From: an uncultured virus (IMG/VR IMGVR_UViG_3300026549_002462)
Lineage: Duplodnaviria > Heunggongvirae > Uroviricota > Caudoviricetes
Strand: one strand, 5' to 3'
Virus record (IMG/VR): IMGVR_UViG_3300026549_002462
DNA length: 28,488 nt
The position numbers and the translations under genes are program-made. Position 1 is the first letter of the stretch, and every line of letters begins with the position of its first letter. This document shows positions 25,941 through 28,488 of the stretch, piece after piece. The notes beneath the pieces are model-generated. The model saw only the letters and a list, made by a program, of their open reading frames with translations, was not told where the DNA came from and made no database searches.

Positions 25941-27656
25941 CTAAAACGGGATCGCGTCGAAAGCGAAGCGAAAACCACCGAAATCATCAAAGGCCGGAAC
26001 AACATTCTCGAAGTGATTTGCTCTCGGGTATTGTTGTCCGTCAAATTTGATGTTGTGCTTCTTTGTCCACGCATTGAACGAATCTGAAGCAACTCCTTCC
26101 AGAGGCTTGTTGCACGCAGCAAAGGCCTGTCTGCAGCTGCTGCCTGATGGATCAAGCTCAATGCACCCAGCAGGCTTGTTGCCAATCGTCATTTCGACGA
26201 TCACCGATTGCTTACGCTTGACGTCTTCCATGTATGAGCCAACGCAGTTGTGGAATCTGCGGCCAAGAGCGCGAAGCTCAAGAGGCTGCTTGATAACGGT
26301 GAACTCAGCACCGCCATACTCCCCTTCAAGTGCATAGATCGTCTCATCATACGAAACTTCTGTACCGTACTGTTTGTAGATTAGTTTGTCTTTATTCAGC
26401 AGCTCGATTTCAACTAAGACATTATGCAGCTCAGTCATAGTTCTGCATGCTTTCAGTTCTTCGGCTGTGATTGGGCATAAATCATACATTCTGGCAGTAT
26501 CACGAAGTATGTAAAATGAGACTTCCCTGCTGATGAAGAGCTCAGCGATCTTCCTGTCACTCATACCGGCATTTCTGCAGGCAGTCGCCAGGTTTGCGAC
26601 CATGTGCTCCCTGTCTGCAAACTGCTGCCATTCATATATAAGGTTATCAATGTAATCTGTTTCATCCGTCAAATACTCTCTGATGATATCCACATTGCTG
26701 ATTCCCAGTGTTTTATGAAGAAAACGCAGCCTCCATTTGAGGACAGGGCGCGCATAAAGGATTTTTCTGATCGACTTGGTCGCTACCTTTCCACATCCGT
26801 AGTAAAGATACTTCGGGAAGGTATATGGATCCTTTCTGTATCTTGCCCTGAGTTTCTTGTAGGAGTCACTGTAAATGTAGCCTACAGGAGGCTCACCGTA
26901 AAACCTGTCGTGATCCTCTTTAGGGCGCAGATCATACAGTTCTTTCAGAAAATTGGCATATGCTACTTCCATGAGGGACCCGAGTTCTGATTTTACGGCA
27001 GGAGTAAGACGTTTGAAAGCCTTCTCCAGTGCGTTCATAGCCTCCGGGTCAGCTTCAAGGAATGTCTTGCTAATGCGCATAATAATCGGGTTGTATGAAA
27101 AAGATGCCCTCCTTATGGCCTGTATATCGGCGAAAACCTTCTTCCCTCTGTTCTGTGCCGGCATGATATATGTCTGGCCGGAAGATACATTGATTACCAC
27201 GGTTATCTGAAATACCGTGCTGTAAGGCTTCATTGCCTTAGGGTTAAGGTAATAGTTTCTTCCAACTACAGAAAGGTGGATGCTGTCGCCGTGCTCGGTA
27301 ATTTCGAGCTTTACAGGGAACGCGTCATGGATCCGAGCACTTGTCCTGCGTGTTAGAGCAGAGCAGTTTACATTGAAACAGTTGCGTTCAGAAAACGGAT
27401 CACCGCAACCACAAGTAAGGACGCTGCGATTTTCTCTTTCTGCTTTAACGAGAACATCTTCAGAGTATTCGTGGAATTCCCCGCACTTCGTGCAGAAAAC
27501 GCCTGTCATCATCTCTGTTTCTGCCTCTTCGGGACGCCTATATGCTTCCGCTACATAGAGCGGTGTCCGTTCGTCCGTATCCTTGCGCATCAGATAACGC
27601 ATCGAAAGTCGGACGTCCGGATAGCCATATTCTTTTTTATATAGCAGTTTTCCCAT
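25941..27656 (-). CDS. PcfJ-like domain protein with N-terminal Cys cluster
   Basis: ELHN.L, and C-terminal LGRRFHNCVGSY..IEL..QAF..CN; CTKC..CGC; AAGGAGG RBS. Confidence 0.8.
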   Translation of the reverse strand: MGKLLYKKEYGYPDVRLSMRYLMRKDTDERTPLYVAEAYRRPEEAETEMMTGVFCTKCGEFHEYSEDVLVKAERENRSVLTCGCGDPFSERNCFNVNCSALTRRTSARIHDAFPVKLEITEHGDSIHLSVVGRNYYLNPKAMKPYSTVFQITVVINVSSGQTYIMPAQNRGKKVFADIQAIRRASFSYNPIIMRISKTFLEADPEAMNALEKAFKRLTPAVKSELGSLMEVAYANFLKELYDLRPKEDHDRFYGEPPVGYIYSDSYKKLRARYRKDPYTFPKYLYYGCGKVATKSIRKILYARPVLKWRLRFLHKTLGISNVDIIREYLTDETDYIDNLIYEWQQFADREHMVANLATACRNAGMSDRKIAELFISREVSFYILRDTARMYDLCPITAEELKACRTMTELHNVLVEIELLNKDKLIYKQYGTEVSYDETIYALEGEYGGAEFTVIKQPLELRALGRRFHNCVGSYMEDVKRKQSVIVEMTIGNKPAGCIELDPSGSSCRQAFAACNKPLEGVASDSFNAWTKKHNIKFDGQQYPRANHFENVVPAFDDFGGFRFAFDAIPF

Positions 27657-27691
27657 TGTGTTCCTCCTTTAATTTATTATCTGAAGAGTTT

Positions 27692-28276
27692 TTAGAGAGG
27701 CATCTCAATGTATGAGATGTTGTATCTCTCGTAAATATCATCGTCTGTCTCCCATACCTTCATAAGCGCTGCCGGAGTGCCGAACGGAGAGCCCTTTGGA
27801 TCATATGTGATGCCAAACAGCTCGTATTCATCTGCTTCTTCCGGCGGATACGTATAGCTGCCCGTGCTTTCAAGCCATGCCAGGATGACTTTGGTCGGGG
27901 CTGCATTTCCAGGTCGATGTTCTTCGATGTCCGCAGCGAGGCTGTCCATCAGATCCTGATTATAAAGCTTGGCCGCAGAGGTGTTGTTTTCGGTAGACGC
28001 TACAGTGATCAGTGTACGATAACCTCCGTCACGTTCTCTGTGCGCTATCCATACATTCGGAAGCTCATTGTCATCGATGTGGATCGATGTGACTTCTTCT
28101 ACACCTATAGCAGCAGCAAGCTTTTCATGCAGGTCTTCTACCGGGATGTCTTCTTCTCCCAGTCCAACGTAAAGGCCATCGGCTGAGAAGTCCGCGTAGA
28201 TATCTGCTCCGTATATGGAACAGAGAAGCTGCCTGAATTCGACAGCGGTGTATACTTTGCATTTCGTATCGCTCAT
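27692..28276 (-). CDS. Acidic hypothetical protein
   Basis: 194 aa; AAGGAGG RBS. Confidence 0.75.
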   Translation of the reverse strand: MSDTKCKVYTAVEFRQLLCSIYGADIYADFSADGLYVGLGEEDIPVEDLHEKLAAAIGVEEVTSIHIDDNELPNVWIAHRERDGGYRTLITVASTENNTSAAKLYNQDLMDSLAADIEEHRPGNAAPTKVILAWLESTGSYTYPPEEADEYELFGITYDPKGSPFGTPAALMKVWETDDDIYERYNISYIEMPL

Positions 28277-28311
28277 TGTGTTGTTTCCTCCTTCTAATCT
28301 TTTGCACTTGT

Positions 28312-28488
28312 TTAATTTGCATCAGAAGCAGATGATTCGGCTTCCTTGAGCAGAAGACGCTCAAAGCGTGCCGTCACGACTCTGCTGTTGCAGTTATCGC
28401 AGCAGCGTCCGCTGTCTGCCAGTGGCCACGGGCTGTTCCCGTATCCAATGATCTGCTTTCCGCAAATAACACATATTGTTTTTTCCAT
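28312..28488 (-). CDS. Small zinc-finger-like protein (58 aa), not in ORF track
   Basis: CVICG..GYGNSPWP...RCCDNCN; ATG at the window edge. Confidence 0.7.
   Translation of the reverse strand: MEKTICVICGKQIIGYGNSPWPLADSGRCCDNCNSRVVTARFERLLLKEAESSASDAN

Overview
Accessory region of a large mobile element (megaplasmid, ICE or phage-plasmid-like) from a probable Clostridia/Bacillota host; the host is inferred from GGAGG ribosome-binding sites and sigma-A promoters. The + strand block (256-7405) encodes topoisomerase III, a 1014-aa STAND-like P-loop NTPase and a partner carrying a HEPN-like RNxxAH motif. The - strand block (7462-28488) encodes a tyrosine recombinase, an Ltp-like lipoprotein, an RHH protein, and a three-gene helicase/Eco57I-like restriction-modification locus whose NPPY codons are frameshifted in a C6 tract. 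It also encodes a Pol-beta nucleotidyltransferase, DUF3846, XRE and PcfJ proteins, and about 20 small orphan ORFs behind near-consensus promoters. A complete IS110 element (24188-25755) is present, and its bridge RNA guides can be read directly from the sequence; they specify a Shine-Dalgarno target. The most unusual signal is a solitary Cas12a-type repeat at 2532-2567. Its 23-nt 'guide' is a self-hairpin covering the STAND start codons, and a second, loop-expanded copy lies at 65-108. No cas gene is in the window. All calls come from manual motif reading; no database searches were run.
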